Origin: a virus
UHGV virus genome: UHGV-0178594
Direction: 5' to 3' (one strand)
DNA: 64,000 nucleotides
The notes below the pieces were generated by a model, which searched no databases, was not told the DNA's origin, and was given only the letters and a program-made list of their open reading frames with translations. The translations under genes were made by a program, and so were the position numbers. Numbering within the stretch: position 1 is the first letter of the stretch; every line of letters starts with the position of its first letter. Of this stretch, positions 1-8,831 are shown in pieces.

Positions 1-969
1 TACTCCTAATATCATTCGTGTTGTATAGCCGATCCGGTCCTCAAAATGGGCTACGTTTTTCACCAACAGCTTACGAGGCAACGATTCGTCCAGCTTATTT
101 TCCTGGTCGTAACGATACACGAGGATCTCAATAACCATTCCCGGCGTGATGTCGGGATTACCCGCGACCTCAATATCCATTTTGGGTACGAGCGACAATT
201 GCATATTGCGCAGAGTTTCCATATCCGGATCGGATATATAGCGTATTGGAAGTGAGCTATCGCCATATTCGACATAGCCTTCAGTCATTGAATAGCCGGT
301 AAATCGATACTGAGTATTTGCCGTAACGGCATACTCTTGCTGTATAAGCCTCATTTTTGAAATCGTGTATTCCGCCCTGGGGTTGTTCCCTTCATAGGTG
401 AATGATGGTTTGGCTTTCATAAGGTCAGCTAATGTATAAAAGTTAAACTGACCACGGCAGGCCCAGCATAAAGCGCCTTTATCGCGGGCCATTTCAGATA
501 GCATTTTGGAGGGTTTTTCCCCGGCGGAAAGATGGTACGTACAGCTTCGTTTCAATGCGCTGGAGGCGATTTTCAGTGTACCGGTATACGTCTTGAAAAT
601 GGTATCAGGCGTTTTATTTGTATGCAGGTTAGCCCGTATGGCGGGGATCTTAAATATCCGAACGTCTTCACTGACTGCAATGACCGTGATGACATCACCA
701 GCCAGCACCGCAGATGTTACGAAAAAAGTTGTTTTAAACGTGCCTGAATTGCCTTGTGGATCTCCCATCTCTGCAACCAGTGCTGCGCCGTATTTTGTTT
801 TCCAGTCATCAATTATGGTGCCGGTAATGTCGTGAATTTCCAGTTTCAGCAATGGTGCACGCAGGTTTGCCTTTTCCACATATACGGAAGTGAATATCCA
901 CTCCCTGGGTACTTTGTTTCCGTTGATGGTAACGGACTGTAGAAAGTATTGCTGTAGCTCCTGGGACAT
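1..969 (-). CDS. hypothetical phage protein (partial; continues beyond left edge)
   Basis: Hand translation from ATG at 969..967 (MSQELQQYFLQSVTINGNKVPRE...) stays open toward position 1; start 3 nt after stop of upstream gene; not in ORF track because no in-window stop. Confidence 0.4.
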   Translation of the reverse strand, partial: MSQELQQYFLQSVTINGNKVPREWIFTSVYVEKANLRAPLLKLEIHDITGTIIDDWKTKYGAALVAEMGDPQGNSGTFKTTFFVTSAVLAGDVITVIAVSEDVRIFKIPAIRANLHTNKTPDTIFKTYTGTLKIASSALKRSCTYHLSAGEKPSKMLSEMARDKGALCWACRGQFNFYTLADLMKAKPSFTYEGNNPRAEYTISKMRLIQQEYAVTANTQYRFTGYSMTEGYVEYGDSSLPIRYISDPDMETLRNMQLSLVPKMDIEVAGNPDITPGMVIEILVYRYDQENKLDESLPRKLLVKNVAHFEDRIGYTTRMILGV

Positions 970-972
970 GGC

Positions 973-1740
973 TTACCCCATTCTCAGAGAGGTTTCAGTA
1001 ATAATTCGTTTCGCGTCCAGCTCCCAGGCGGTGATCACGTCTGCTATAACACTAATTGCCGTTTGTGCAGCATAAATACGCTCTTCCCCAATTGGGGCTG
1101 AAACATCAGTAAAACTGATGTCTTTAGCATCCTGAATCGCGCAAATTAGCGGGACGGGTACTCGTACCAGCGGGGTTGTTGCTTCAAACTGCGTTCCTGC
1201 CATCAAGCGAAGACGTGCTCCTAGCGAGTTACACATCAGACTCATGGTCGCCTTATCCGTCGCCATTAATGTAACGTCATACGTCAGATTTGCCTGGGTG
1301 TATTCCAGGGCTACTAAAGGCATACCGCTGCCAGGTTCGCAGAAGTGATCACATCTTTTGCGGTCTATCTGCTGGTCATTGTTGATATAGCTGATATCCA
1401 TTGAGCGCGAGATATTAATCAGAGGGAGTGCATCGCGATTAATGTTCGGATTCTCTGGCTTTCTCCCTTGCCCGGCATTAGCACGGCGAACCGCTTTAAG
1501 GAACTCGACCGCGTTATCAAAACGGGCAACATAAACACGCTCCGCTGGTGGGCGACTCAGGAATGATGCAAAGCGCCTTTCTTCTTTTGCTGGTTCCACC
1601 AGCGTTACGTCAGAAAAAATGTCACTGATTAGCGTAGCAAAAGCGTTATCCACTCTTTCCAGACCAGTTGTCTGGAATTTTCCAGTACGCGTTGTCTGCC
1701 ACTCGCCAATGCGGGACAGGAGAGTTTTGTTGGGTGTCAT
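973..1740 (-). CDS. hypothetical protein
   Basis: 255-aa ORF, 4-nt overlap with upstream ORF (operon); no recognisable motif. Confidence 0.55.
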   Translation of the reverse strand: MTPNKTLLSRIGEWQTTRTGKFQTTGLERVDNAFATLISDIFSDVTLVEPAKEERRFASFLSRPPAERVYVARFDNAVEFLKAVRRANAGQGRKPENPNINRDALPLINISRSMDISYINNDQQIDRKRCDHFCEPGSGMPLVALEYTQANLTYDVTLMATDKATMSLMCNSLGARLRLMAGTQFEATTPLVRVPVPLICAIQDAKDISFTDVSAPIGEERIYAAQTAISVIADVITAWELDAKRIITETSLRMG

Positions 1741-2540
1741 TCGATCACTCCGTTTTGAGTGGTATCAAAGTTCCTGGCCGGGATGCAGTAATAAAGGGAG
1801 CCGACGTGTTGTGTTCCGTAGCTGAAGATTCGATGCACGTACCACCAGCGGCGGGCGAGGCCATTCGCCATTTCTTCGTTCCATTCCAGGATTGAACCAA
1901 CAGGTACGTTGTTTGCAGCAATACGCAGGATTAGCACTTCATCAGCAAGACCATCCTGTTCTCCATCGGCATCAATGGCATGAAACGAATCCCTTCCGTC
2001 CGGGTTATCCAGGACGTATACGATTTCCGGTTCCAGATAGGTAAGCTCACGCTGGTTGTTGTCCAGTTGCGTGAAAGACTCTTCACCTGTTTCATCGTTT
2101 ACGACGCCATAGGTGCCATCAGCCGGGCGGTATAAAAGCGCCTCGAACGCGTCAGGGCTTGATTCAATAATGAGCATCCAATCGGCGCGGATCTGGTCGT
2201 TGAACGCTTTATGTCCGTTATATCGGGTTTTAAGCTGCTGGTTTGGTTCTCTGTTAGCGAGCGATGCCGGTAGGGGAGCGATGTCAGGTTCAATCACTTC
2301 CGTAACAGAGTCACCAGCATTATCAGGCCAATTATCATGGCTATTAGATTGGGTGGCGGCGTGCTCTTCCAGAATACTGAATGGCCCTGCACTGACATTC
2401 CCATTTTCCGTTGTGCTTCCTTCATTCGCTTCAACCGTCGTTGTCTCTTCTCTCTGCGTGCTGTCATGTTCTGTTCCCTTTCTCATCAGGCTTGCATCAT
2501 CAGCAAGCCATTCATCAAAACGGCCCATAAGCGTCCTCAA
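1737..2540 (-). CDS. hypothetical protein with acidic low-complexity N-terminus
   Basis: 267-aa ORF, first gene of leftward operon divergent from higB. Confidence 0.55.
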   Translation of the reverse strand: MRTLMGRFDEWLADDASLMRKGTEHDSTQREETTTVEANEGSTTENGNVSAGPFSILEEHAATQSNSHDNWPDNAGDSVTEVIEPDIAPLPASLANREPNQQLKTRYNGHKAFNDQIRADWMLIIESSPDAFEALLYRPADGTYGVVNDETGEESFTQLDNNQRELTYLEPEIVYVLDNPDGRDSFHAIDADGEQDGLADEVLILRIAANNVPVGSILEWNEEMANGLARRWWYVHRIFSYGTQHVGSLYYCIPARNFDTTQNGVIE

Positions 2541-2691
2541 AGGTCGATTTATCAGGTATCGAAAGGAAGATTTTCGGGAGATTGTGATTTTGGATGGAGG
2601 AGGGGAATTGTTATAATATGCACTTGCGCACGGTGCAACGGTGCGCTATCATTATGACATTCATTAATAATCATGGAGGATAAAATGATCG

Positions 2692-2994
2692 ATGAACAAA
2701 AAGATTAACATAAAGAATTTCAGGGATGAGTGGCTTGATGATTTTTTTGAATTTTCAATACCACACAAAAAGATACCTTCTGATATTCAGATTACATTGT
2801 TGCGGAAGCTGGATATTATCAATGCTGCAACTACTTGGAAGGACTTGAGATCACCACCAGGTAATCGGTATGAGGAATTGTCAGGGAAGCTAAACGGCTA
2901 TTCATCAATAAGGGTGAATAAGCAATACAGGTTAATTTTTAAGTGGGTTAACGGAAAGGCCGAGGACTTGTATCTCGACCCTCACAAATACTAA
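2692..2994 (+). CDS. higB: HigB-family toxin (RelE/ParE superfamily mRNA interferase)
   Basis: 100 aa; C-terminal ...YRLIFKWVNGKAEDLYLDPHKY typical of HigB killer proteins; followed by HTH antitoxin. Confidence 0.75.
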   Translation: MNKKINIKNFRDEWLDDFFEFSIPHKKIPSDIQITLLRKLDIINAATTWKDLRSPPGNRYEELSGKLNGYSSIRVNKQYRLIFKWVNGKAEDLYLDPHKY

Positions 2995-3065
2995 AACAAA
3001 TACCCGGCGGATGGGCCGGGTACTGACCAGAGTCCACTTAATACGCACGCTAGTAAGGGCAAAAA

Positions 3066-3404
3066 ATGAAACAGGCAACCAGAAAACCGACGACTGTAGG
3101 TGATATCCTGCTGTACGAATACCTGGAGCCGTTAGAGCTTAAGATCAACGAGTTAGCAGAAATACTTCATGTTCATCGTAACACCGTAAGTGCTCTTGTT
3201 AATAACAATCGTAAGCTAACGATGGATATGGCATATCGCCTGGCAAAAGCATTCGATACTTCTGTAGATTTTTGGATTAATCTTCAGACCGCAGTAGACC
3301 TGTGGGAAGTCGAAAATGATATGCGCGTTCAGGAAGAGTTAAGTCGTATCAATACTGCTGAAAAATTTATTTCTCAGCGGAACCTGAATAAAAAAGCAGC
3401 CTGA
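3066..3404 (+). CDS. higA: HigA antitoxin, XRE-type HTH
   Basis: 112 aa; HTH LAEILHVHRNTVSALVNNNRKLTMDMAYRLAKAF; directly downstream of higB; hairpin terminator follows at ~3428-3452. Confidence 0.75.
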   Translation: MKQATRKPTTVGDILLYEYLEPLELKINELAEILHVHRNTVSALVNNNRKLTMDMAYRLAKAFDTSVDFWINLQTAVDLWEVENDMRVQEELSRINTAEKFISQRNLNKKAA

Positions 3405-3460
3405 TATAGTTAAACACATACAAAAAGCCCACTTAACAAGTGGGCTTTCCTTTGGAATTA

Positions 3461-3820
3461 ATGAACATTAAACCTATCCGTACAGAACAAGATTATGAGG
3501 CCGCACTGCGTGAAGTCGAACCGATGTTCGATAACGAACCGGAAATGAATACTCCGGAAGGTGATTTCTTTGAGGTTATGAGTCTTCTCATTGAGGAGTA
3601 CGAGAAGAAACATTACCCAATTCAGCCACCATCACCTATTGAGGCCATTAAGTTCCGCATGGAACAGCAAGGGCTGACCGTGAAGGATCTGGAACCGGCT
3701 ATTGGTAAATCAAATCGTGTTTACGAGGTGCTAAATGGGACACGAAATTTGACGTTACCTATGATTCGTCGTTTACATTCCCAGTTTGGCATTCCTCTTG
3801 AAAGCCTGGTTGGTGTTTGA
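3461..3820 (+). CDS. HigA-like HTH regulator (E. coli K-12 HigA architecture), no cognate HigB upstream
   Basis: N-terminal domain plus C-terminal HTH (GTRNLTLPMIRRLHSQFGIPLESL) resembling K-12 HigA; start taken at internal ATG (MNIKPIRTEQ). Confidence 0.6.
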   Translation: MNIKPIRTEQDYEAALREVEPMFDNEPEMNTPEGDFFEVMSLLIEEYEKKHYPIQPPSPIEAIKFRMEQQGLTVKDLEPAIGKSNRVYEVLNGTRNLTLPMIRRLHSQFGIPLESLVGV

Positions 3821-3869
3821 GTTTGGCGGTCTGGAAGACCGCCTTCACCAAAAATAAAGATAAGAAGGT

Positions 3870-4619
3870 TTGAATTTTTATATGAGCAAAGATTCATCAT
3901 TAGAAAATAAAGATGAAAATGTCACAGTCAGGAACACAATAGAAGAAGCCATAAGAGACAAGTTATTTAATAAGTTGTTTGCATATGTTGTGGTTTCTTT
4001 TTTAGTCGTTAACTGGCAGGATATTATTATATTATTTAAATCAAAGTACGATATATATACAACATTGTCTATAGTATGGGTTGGTGAGAAATATCACTTT
4101 CCTTATGTTGGCCCCATCATTGTATCTCCGTTTGTGGCTCATTTTGTTATGCCATTTATATATGGAACCACTGCGTCAGTGGTAATGCCTTATATAACAA
4201 TGTATATATCAAAAGCAACAGGCAGGAACTATGCAAGAATTAGATACATTGACTATGAGTTTGATTTAGAAGAGAGGGCAAGAATAAAAGAGTTGCAGAT
4301 CAACTTGAAGCAAAAAGAGAGCAAGCTTTTAAGTCTAGAAAAGCAAACAGAAGATCAATATAAATTATTGTCTGCAATTGAAGAGAAGAAGAGAGAGACT
4401 GAGAGTGCCAGAGTGGCTCTGTATCACGGCATAAAAGTAATTGTCGATGTATATAAAGCAAAAAAGAAAAGAATTTCCACCCAAGAAGATTTTGCCGATT
4501 TATTAAAAGCAATTGAAGAAAGCGATTTTTATAAAGACACTGGATTGTGGGGTATTAATAAACTAATAGATGACGTAGAGAAAATATATGAGTCTCAATC
4601 GACAACAAAGGACAAGTAA
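3870..4619 (+). CDS. membrane protein with two TM helices and long C-terminal coiled coil
   Basis: AT-rich ORF; hydrophobic segments FAYVVVSFLVVNW and PIIVSPFVAHFVMPFIYG, then K/E-rich coiled coil; terminator at 4622-4648. Confidence 0.55.
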   Translation: MNFYMSKDSSLENKDENVTVRNTIEEAIRDKLFNKLFAYVVVSFLVVNWQDIIILFKSKYDIYTTLSIVWVGEKYHFPYVGPIIVSPFVAHFVMPFIYGTTASVVMPYITMYISKATGRNYARIRYIDYEFDLEERARIKELQINLKQKESKLLSLEKQTEDQYKLLSAIEEKKRETESARVALYHGIKVIVDVYKAKKKRISTQEDFADLLKAIEESDFYKDTGLWGINKLIDDVEKIYESQSTTKDK

Positions 4620-4652
4620 TATAAAAGGCGGGATAACCGCCTTTGTTGTAAA

Positions 4653-5849
4653 TTAAGAACCTTTCTTCACATACTCCATAAACATTTTTTCAGCTTGCTC
4701 AGGTGACGTTCCTGTCATGACCAGCGCATCAATGAACGCTTGCTTCTTCAGTGCGAATTGATCGGCAAGGCGTTGCTGAAGCTCCTTGTTTTTCTGTTTC
4801 TCACGTTGCAAGGCTGCTTCTTTTGCTGCTGCCCGTTTTTTCTGTGCATCGGACAACTTTCTGGCCCTGGTCAGCTGGTCACGTAGCTTGTCAATCTTGC
4901 CGTTGTCCTTTGCCAGTTTTGTGCTTAAAGCGGCCTGGCGTTTCTGATAGAGCTTCCATTCACGTTTAGCTGCCTCAACATTCGTTTTGCTGCTACGGTT
5001 TCGATTGAACGCCTTCTCGTCTTCTTTTGTGAAGTGTTTTGTCGTGCGGCGGCGATCGTCACCAAAGGCAACTTGCGTTGCAGCTTTTTGCAGGGCGCGA
5101 GCAATACTCATCTGCCAACTGGCAGACTGTAGTCGTGTCATTGAGTGGATCACATGTTTACAGGCGACGCCTTGCAGCTTAGGGTTGCGAACTTTTGGAT
5201 AGGCGTATTCTTTTGGCGGGGCCAGGGCAAAGTTACCTGCAGTGGCGATGTAGCGATACCAGTATTGATGGCGACCGCAGTCACAATCGAAAGACACTCG
5301 CCCGGCACACAGTGATTTTGTGACTTTCAGGGCTGATTTATCGTCTTCTGCGATGTCATCGACCATCTGATCCCATTCTTCAAAACGTACCCGGACAATG
5401 TGGTGCTGGTGAACGGATATATCGGACGCTTCCACGCGGATATTAATCACATTGTGACGAAGAGATACGGGCGTAGCTCTTTTGATACCAGAACCGTCGT
5501 CTACGGCGTTATTTGCTCGCTTAATATCGATAGCCTGGCTGGACGCTACCAGTTGTGCGTATGTAATGCCAGCCGTCTTGCTGTCGTATTTTTCGCGAGC
5601 TTTGCTTCGCAGCTTTTCGAAGCCTTTCAGATCGTCACGCGTAAAGAACGTGCCGCCTTTCTTTTTCCCCAGCTTAAGAATGTCTTCGGCTGATTTATTC
5701 CTAAGCCTGCCCGGCGTGAGTGTCCTGTTCGCCTGGCGGCGTTTGCGGTTTTGCTCTTTCCTGATGAGTTCAAATACGCGTGTGAAATCCTTAGAGGACA
5801 GGCCGTCAGTGATATATCGCCCGTCCTGATTTTTCAGGAAGTCAGGCAT
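4653..5849 (-). CDS. SWIM-type zinc-finger protein with basic coiled-coil C-terminus
   Basis: 398 aa; CxC...CxH motif (FDCDCGRHQYWYRY...GVACKHVIH); K/R/Q-rich tail. Confidence 0.55.
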   Translation of the reverse strand: MPDFLKNQDGRYITDGLSSKDFTRVFELIRKEQNRKRRQANRTLTPGRLRNKSAEDILKLGKKKGGTFFTRDDLKGFEKLRSKAREKYDSKTAGITYAQLVASSQAIDIKRANNAVDDGSGIKRATPVSLRHNVINIRVEASDISVHQHHIVRVRFEEWDQMVDDIAEDDKSALKVTKSLCAGRVSFDCDCGRHQYWYRYIATAGNFALAPPKEYAYPKVRNPKLQGVACKHVIHSMTRLQSASWQMSIARALQKAATQVAFGDDRRRTTKHFTKEDEKAFNRNRSSKTNVEAAKREWKLYQKRQAALSTKLAKDNGKIDKLRDQLTRARKLSDAQKKRAAAKEAALQREKQKNKELQQRLADQFALKKQAFIDALVMTGTSPEQAEKMFMEYVKKGS

Positions 5850-6171
5850 TTTCTATCTCCGGTGCCGAGCCAGCGTAATCGCGAATCTTGTTTCTTAGCC
5901 ATGCTGCGTCAGGAAGAGTTAACGTTGTCCCTACCGGCATTTCTTCCATTTCTGACTCATGGCCCACCAGCACGCGAAATACCCAGCGCAAATCAGCGTT
6001 GCCATAGGCGCGATAGGCCGCCAGGTCTGAGCGATAAACCTCATCAATTTTTATCGTGTACTGGAAATTATCGGAGTGATACTCCGATACCCGCTTGATC
6101 ATCTCCTGATGGAATAGTGCGCGCAGCACATCGTCTTCAATGCATCGATCGTCGAGCCTGCTGTAACTCAT
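5842..6171 (-). CDS. hypothetical protein
   Basis: 109-aa ORF overlapping start of downstream SWIM gene by 8 nt (translational coupling). Confidence 0.45.
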   Translation of the reverse strand: MSYSRLDDRCIEDDVLRALFHQEMIKRVSEYHSDNFQYTIKIDEVYRSDLAAYRAYGNADLRWVFRVLVGHESEMEEMPVGTTLTLPDAAWLRNKIRDYAGSAPEIENA

Positions 6172-6502
6172 AACAGTTCCTCACAGTCATAACCTGGGGG
6201 GAACTGTATGCAGGGTGTGAAATGCGAGAAACAGACAGGCCACCAGTTCAGGGGGATGTGGTTCATAAATCCCCTCACTGGTGACAAGTGACTTTCATTA
6301 ATCTTTATGCGGGGGCCAGCTTCATTGTTTGCTGGCTGTAGATTAAAAATTAAATAGTGTGAATGACATGGACGTTATTCTCGAATTGTTAAAGCTAATT
6401 GTTCTGTTTATGAACGCCTCGTTGACCACGCAAATACTGGCGTTAGTATTTTTGTTACTCTTCTACCTGGTATTAAGGGAGTTAACAAAGCTACTGAGTT
6501 GA

Positions 6503-7156
6503 TTAAAGTATCACCGTATCTTCATCAATTACTTGCCCGGCCAGCGATTTTGGTTGGGTATTTCCTGCTTTAGCTTTTTGATCGCTGATAATGGACAGGA
6601 ACGAGGCCATTATCCCTGCTTTGTTTTCTTTCTCTACCGCTCCTGTCATTTGTTTCAGGTAATCCGCGCTGGCAACATTATGGTATACCGTTGCATAGCA
6701 GCACAGAATCATCAGGATGTGCTCTGGTCGGATATCTTGCCAGTTAACTCGATAAACCTCTTCACCGTTGCCGTTGTATTCGGTATCGACGATAGAGTCG
6801 GGGATCTCAAATGCCCCTTTGTTCTTGTCAGGCAGGGATAGCAGCCTTTGTAGTTTCAGCTCCCGGTATCTCTCCATGCCGACAATGATCGCTGCTCTGC
6901 CGTCGGCGTGCCGTGTTTTTAATGTTACCTGGCTGGCACCTGTACCGGCTGAAATGGTTGGCGTGATTTCGTCAACCAGCACCTTAAATTCACTTTTACG
7001 CAGCTCGGCAATTGCTGGTGGAATTTTTCGTTTTTGTTCAATAGCAGATGCAGGGAGCGGCTTTACTTTGTCAATTACAAGCGCGCCGTCTTTCAGGACT
7101 GCCGTAGCCATCAGCGGCTTGTTAGTAGAAAGACTGAATATTGCGATCTTTTGCAT
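6503..7156 (-). CDS. hypothetical protein
   Basis: 217-aa ORF; hairpin with U-run (minus-strand reading) at ~7178-7205. Confidence 0.5.
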   Translation of the reverse strand: MQKIAIFSLSTNKPLMATAVLKDGALVIDKVKPLPASAIEQKRKIPPAIAELRKSEFKVLVDEITPTISAGTGASQVTLKTRHADGRAAIIVGMERYRELKLQRLLSLPDKNKGAFEIPDSIVDTEYNGNGEEVYRVNWQDIRPEHILMILCCYATVYHNVASADYLKQMTGAVEKENKAGIMASFLSIISDQKAKAGNTQPKSLAGQVIDEDTVIL

Positions 7157-7421
7157 GGCTTTTACTCCACGATAGCAGGCACAAAAAAAGGCCGCACATG
7201 GCGGCCTGCTTTGGCGTTATGACTCCCTACCGCGCATCGGCTGAAAGTTAGTCGTCAAAAGAACCTTCAACGGGAGCCGTTTGCGCAATGGATTTTGTCC
7301 AGATTGTGATTTCCAGAATAGTGTCAACAATTTTTTTGAATTTTTTATTCGCGCTGAATTTGGCCTAGGTCATTTTGGCGTAGATGTTTGCTTTTGTAAC
7401 ATAAAACTTCAGTTTTTTTAC

Positions 7422-8045
7422 ATGAAGGATGGTTTTGTGAAGTTAAGGGTTTTGGGAGCAGTGCTCGCGGTTATATTGGGGGGAGTTTCTCTTAATGCTG
7501 CCTATGCAGGCGCATTACCTGCAAAGTATGAGGCTGGGCTGAAGGTGTTGCGAAACGCCAAAACAAACTATACGCCTGATGAAGTTTCAAACTATTGCCA
7601 AAAAGAAAATATCCCACTGAAACCTGTAGAGCCATTCTTTAAAAGCAACATTGAGTTCTGTGTATTTGCGTATGCAGCAGATGAAACAGGAAAGGCCATA
7701 CAAAAGACAGGGTATTCCACCAAAGACACAATGTCGGTGTTAAGTAACGGCGTGTTGCAGTTTGAGCTTTATCGTCAGCAAGGAATGGGAGATCTATTGC
7801 AGCCTTTGTATGGTCTAGCATTGGTGCCGGAAGGTCAGCAGTTTCTGATCAAAAAAGGCCTCATGAGGCAGGAAGATGTAGCTGGTTTCGATGCCATCGT
7901 TGCCTATGAAAAACAACTCAAGGAACAGCGCAATAAAAAACCATCTGCCTCATGCGTGCAAAGCAAAACAGCAGAATACAGCGCAGTGGCTGGGCCTTTA
8001 GCCCCACAAATGGCAGAGCAATGGTGTAAACAATACGGGCAATAA
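7422..8045 (+). CDS. secreted protein (signal peptide)
   Basis: Start at internal ATG giving MKDGFVKLRVLGAVLAVILGGVSLNAAYA signal-like N-terminus. Confidence 0.5.
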   Translation: MKDGFVKLRVLGAVLAVILGGVSLNAAYAGALPAKYEAGLKVLRNAKTNYTPDEVSNYCQKENIPLKPVEPFFKSNIEFCVFAYAADETGKAIQKTGYSTKDTMSVLSNGVLQFELYRQQGMGDLLQPLYGLALVPEGQQFLIKKGLMRQEDVAGFDAIVAYEKQLKEQRNKKPSASCVQSKTAEYSAVAGPLAPQMAEQWCKQYGQ

Positions 8046-8065
8046 GTTACGCAGCGGAGGCAGAA

Positions 8066-8458
8066 TTGAAAAGATTAGCTATTGCTTTATTGGCAGCTTT
8101 CCCTTTGATCGCTCACGCCGGGAATTTACAAGTGAAGTGCGGTAGGTTTGATATAAAAATCTATCCGAACGCCATATTTCTGAATGGGAATAAGGTCGAT
8201 AACGCGCACCGGAAAACTGAATCTGACGTAATGAGCTATGTGTTCCAGGAGTATGCCGAGATGGGGGGAACTTACACGTTGTACTCGCTGGATGTTCCTT
8301 CTCGCGGTGATATGACGTTATCTCATCAATGGCAGAACGCCGATGGCGAAGCTCTGCGCGAGGTTAAAACAGAAAAATGTGGCACTTTCCATTCTTTTAA
8401 AGGGAAAGCGCCCAATGTTAAATCTACGCTTGAAAAACAGCGTGCTGGTGAGCTTTAA
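8066..8458 (+). CDS. small secreted protein (signal peptide)
   Basis: MKRLAIALLAAFPLIAHA signal-like N-terminus; 130 aa. Confidence 0.5.
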   Translation: MKRLAIALLAAFPLIAHAGNLQVKCGRFDIKIYPNAIFLNGNKVDNAHRKTESDVMSYVFQEYAEMGGTYTLYSLDVPSRGDMTLSHQWQNADGEALREVKTEKCGTFHSFKGKAPNVKSTLEKQRAGEL

Positions 8459-8793
8459 GCCCCTTTAATCACGGAGATTTCGTTTCCCGCACGATAGCGG
8501 CGGGGAACGGAACTCTCCATCAGGTCACGAATTACTCCCGCTTCACGCAGTTCCTCTGTCTCCCAGTATCTGTTTGTCACCAGGTCAAGGCTGGCAATGA
8601 CTTTATGCCGGTCATTCGGCATTGCTTCTTTTTCAGCCATTATCATCAGTGAGAACTCTTCATCCAGTAGAATTTGATACCAGACTTTTGACAGTTCCAA
8701 CTCTCTAATGAGGGTGAAGCGCCGCTCAATTGTGGCGGAAGAATAAGTGAAATCAATTTTTTTCGTGACATACATTTTGCTGTGTCCGGTCAC
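8455..8793 (-). CDS. hypothetical protein
   Basis: 112-aa ORF convergent with 8066..8458. Confidence 0.4.
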   Translation of the reverse strand: MTGHSKMYVTKKIDFTYSSATIERRFTLIRELELSKVWYQILLDEEFSLMIMAEKEAMPNDRHKVIASLDLVTNRYWETEELREAGVIRDLMESSVPRRYRAGNEISVIKGA

Positions 8794-8831
8794 TTAGTAG
8801 TTAAAGCCCCGGCATGACCGGGGCAAATCTA

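Noticed and set aside
7178-7205. Hairpin with adjacent A-run, considered as terminator for the 6503-7156 gene
   Set aside because: It lies upstream of that gene's start on the minus strand, so it cannot terminate it; it may insulate against read-through from the right, but no feature is called.
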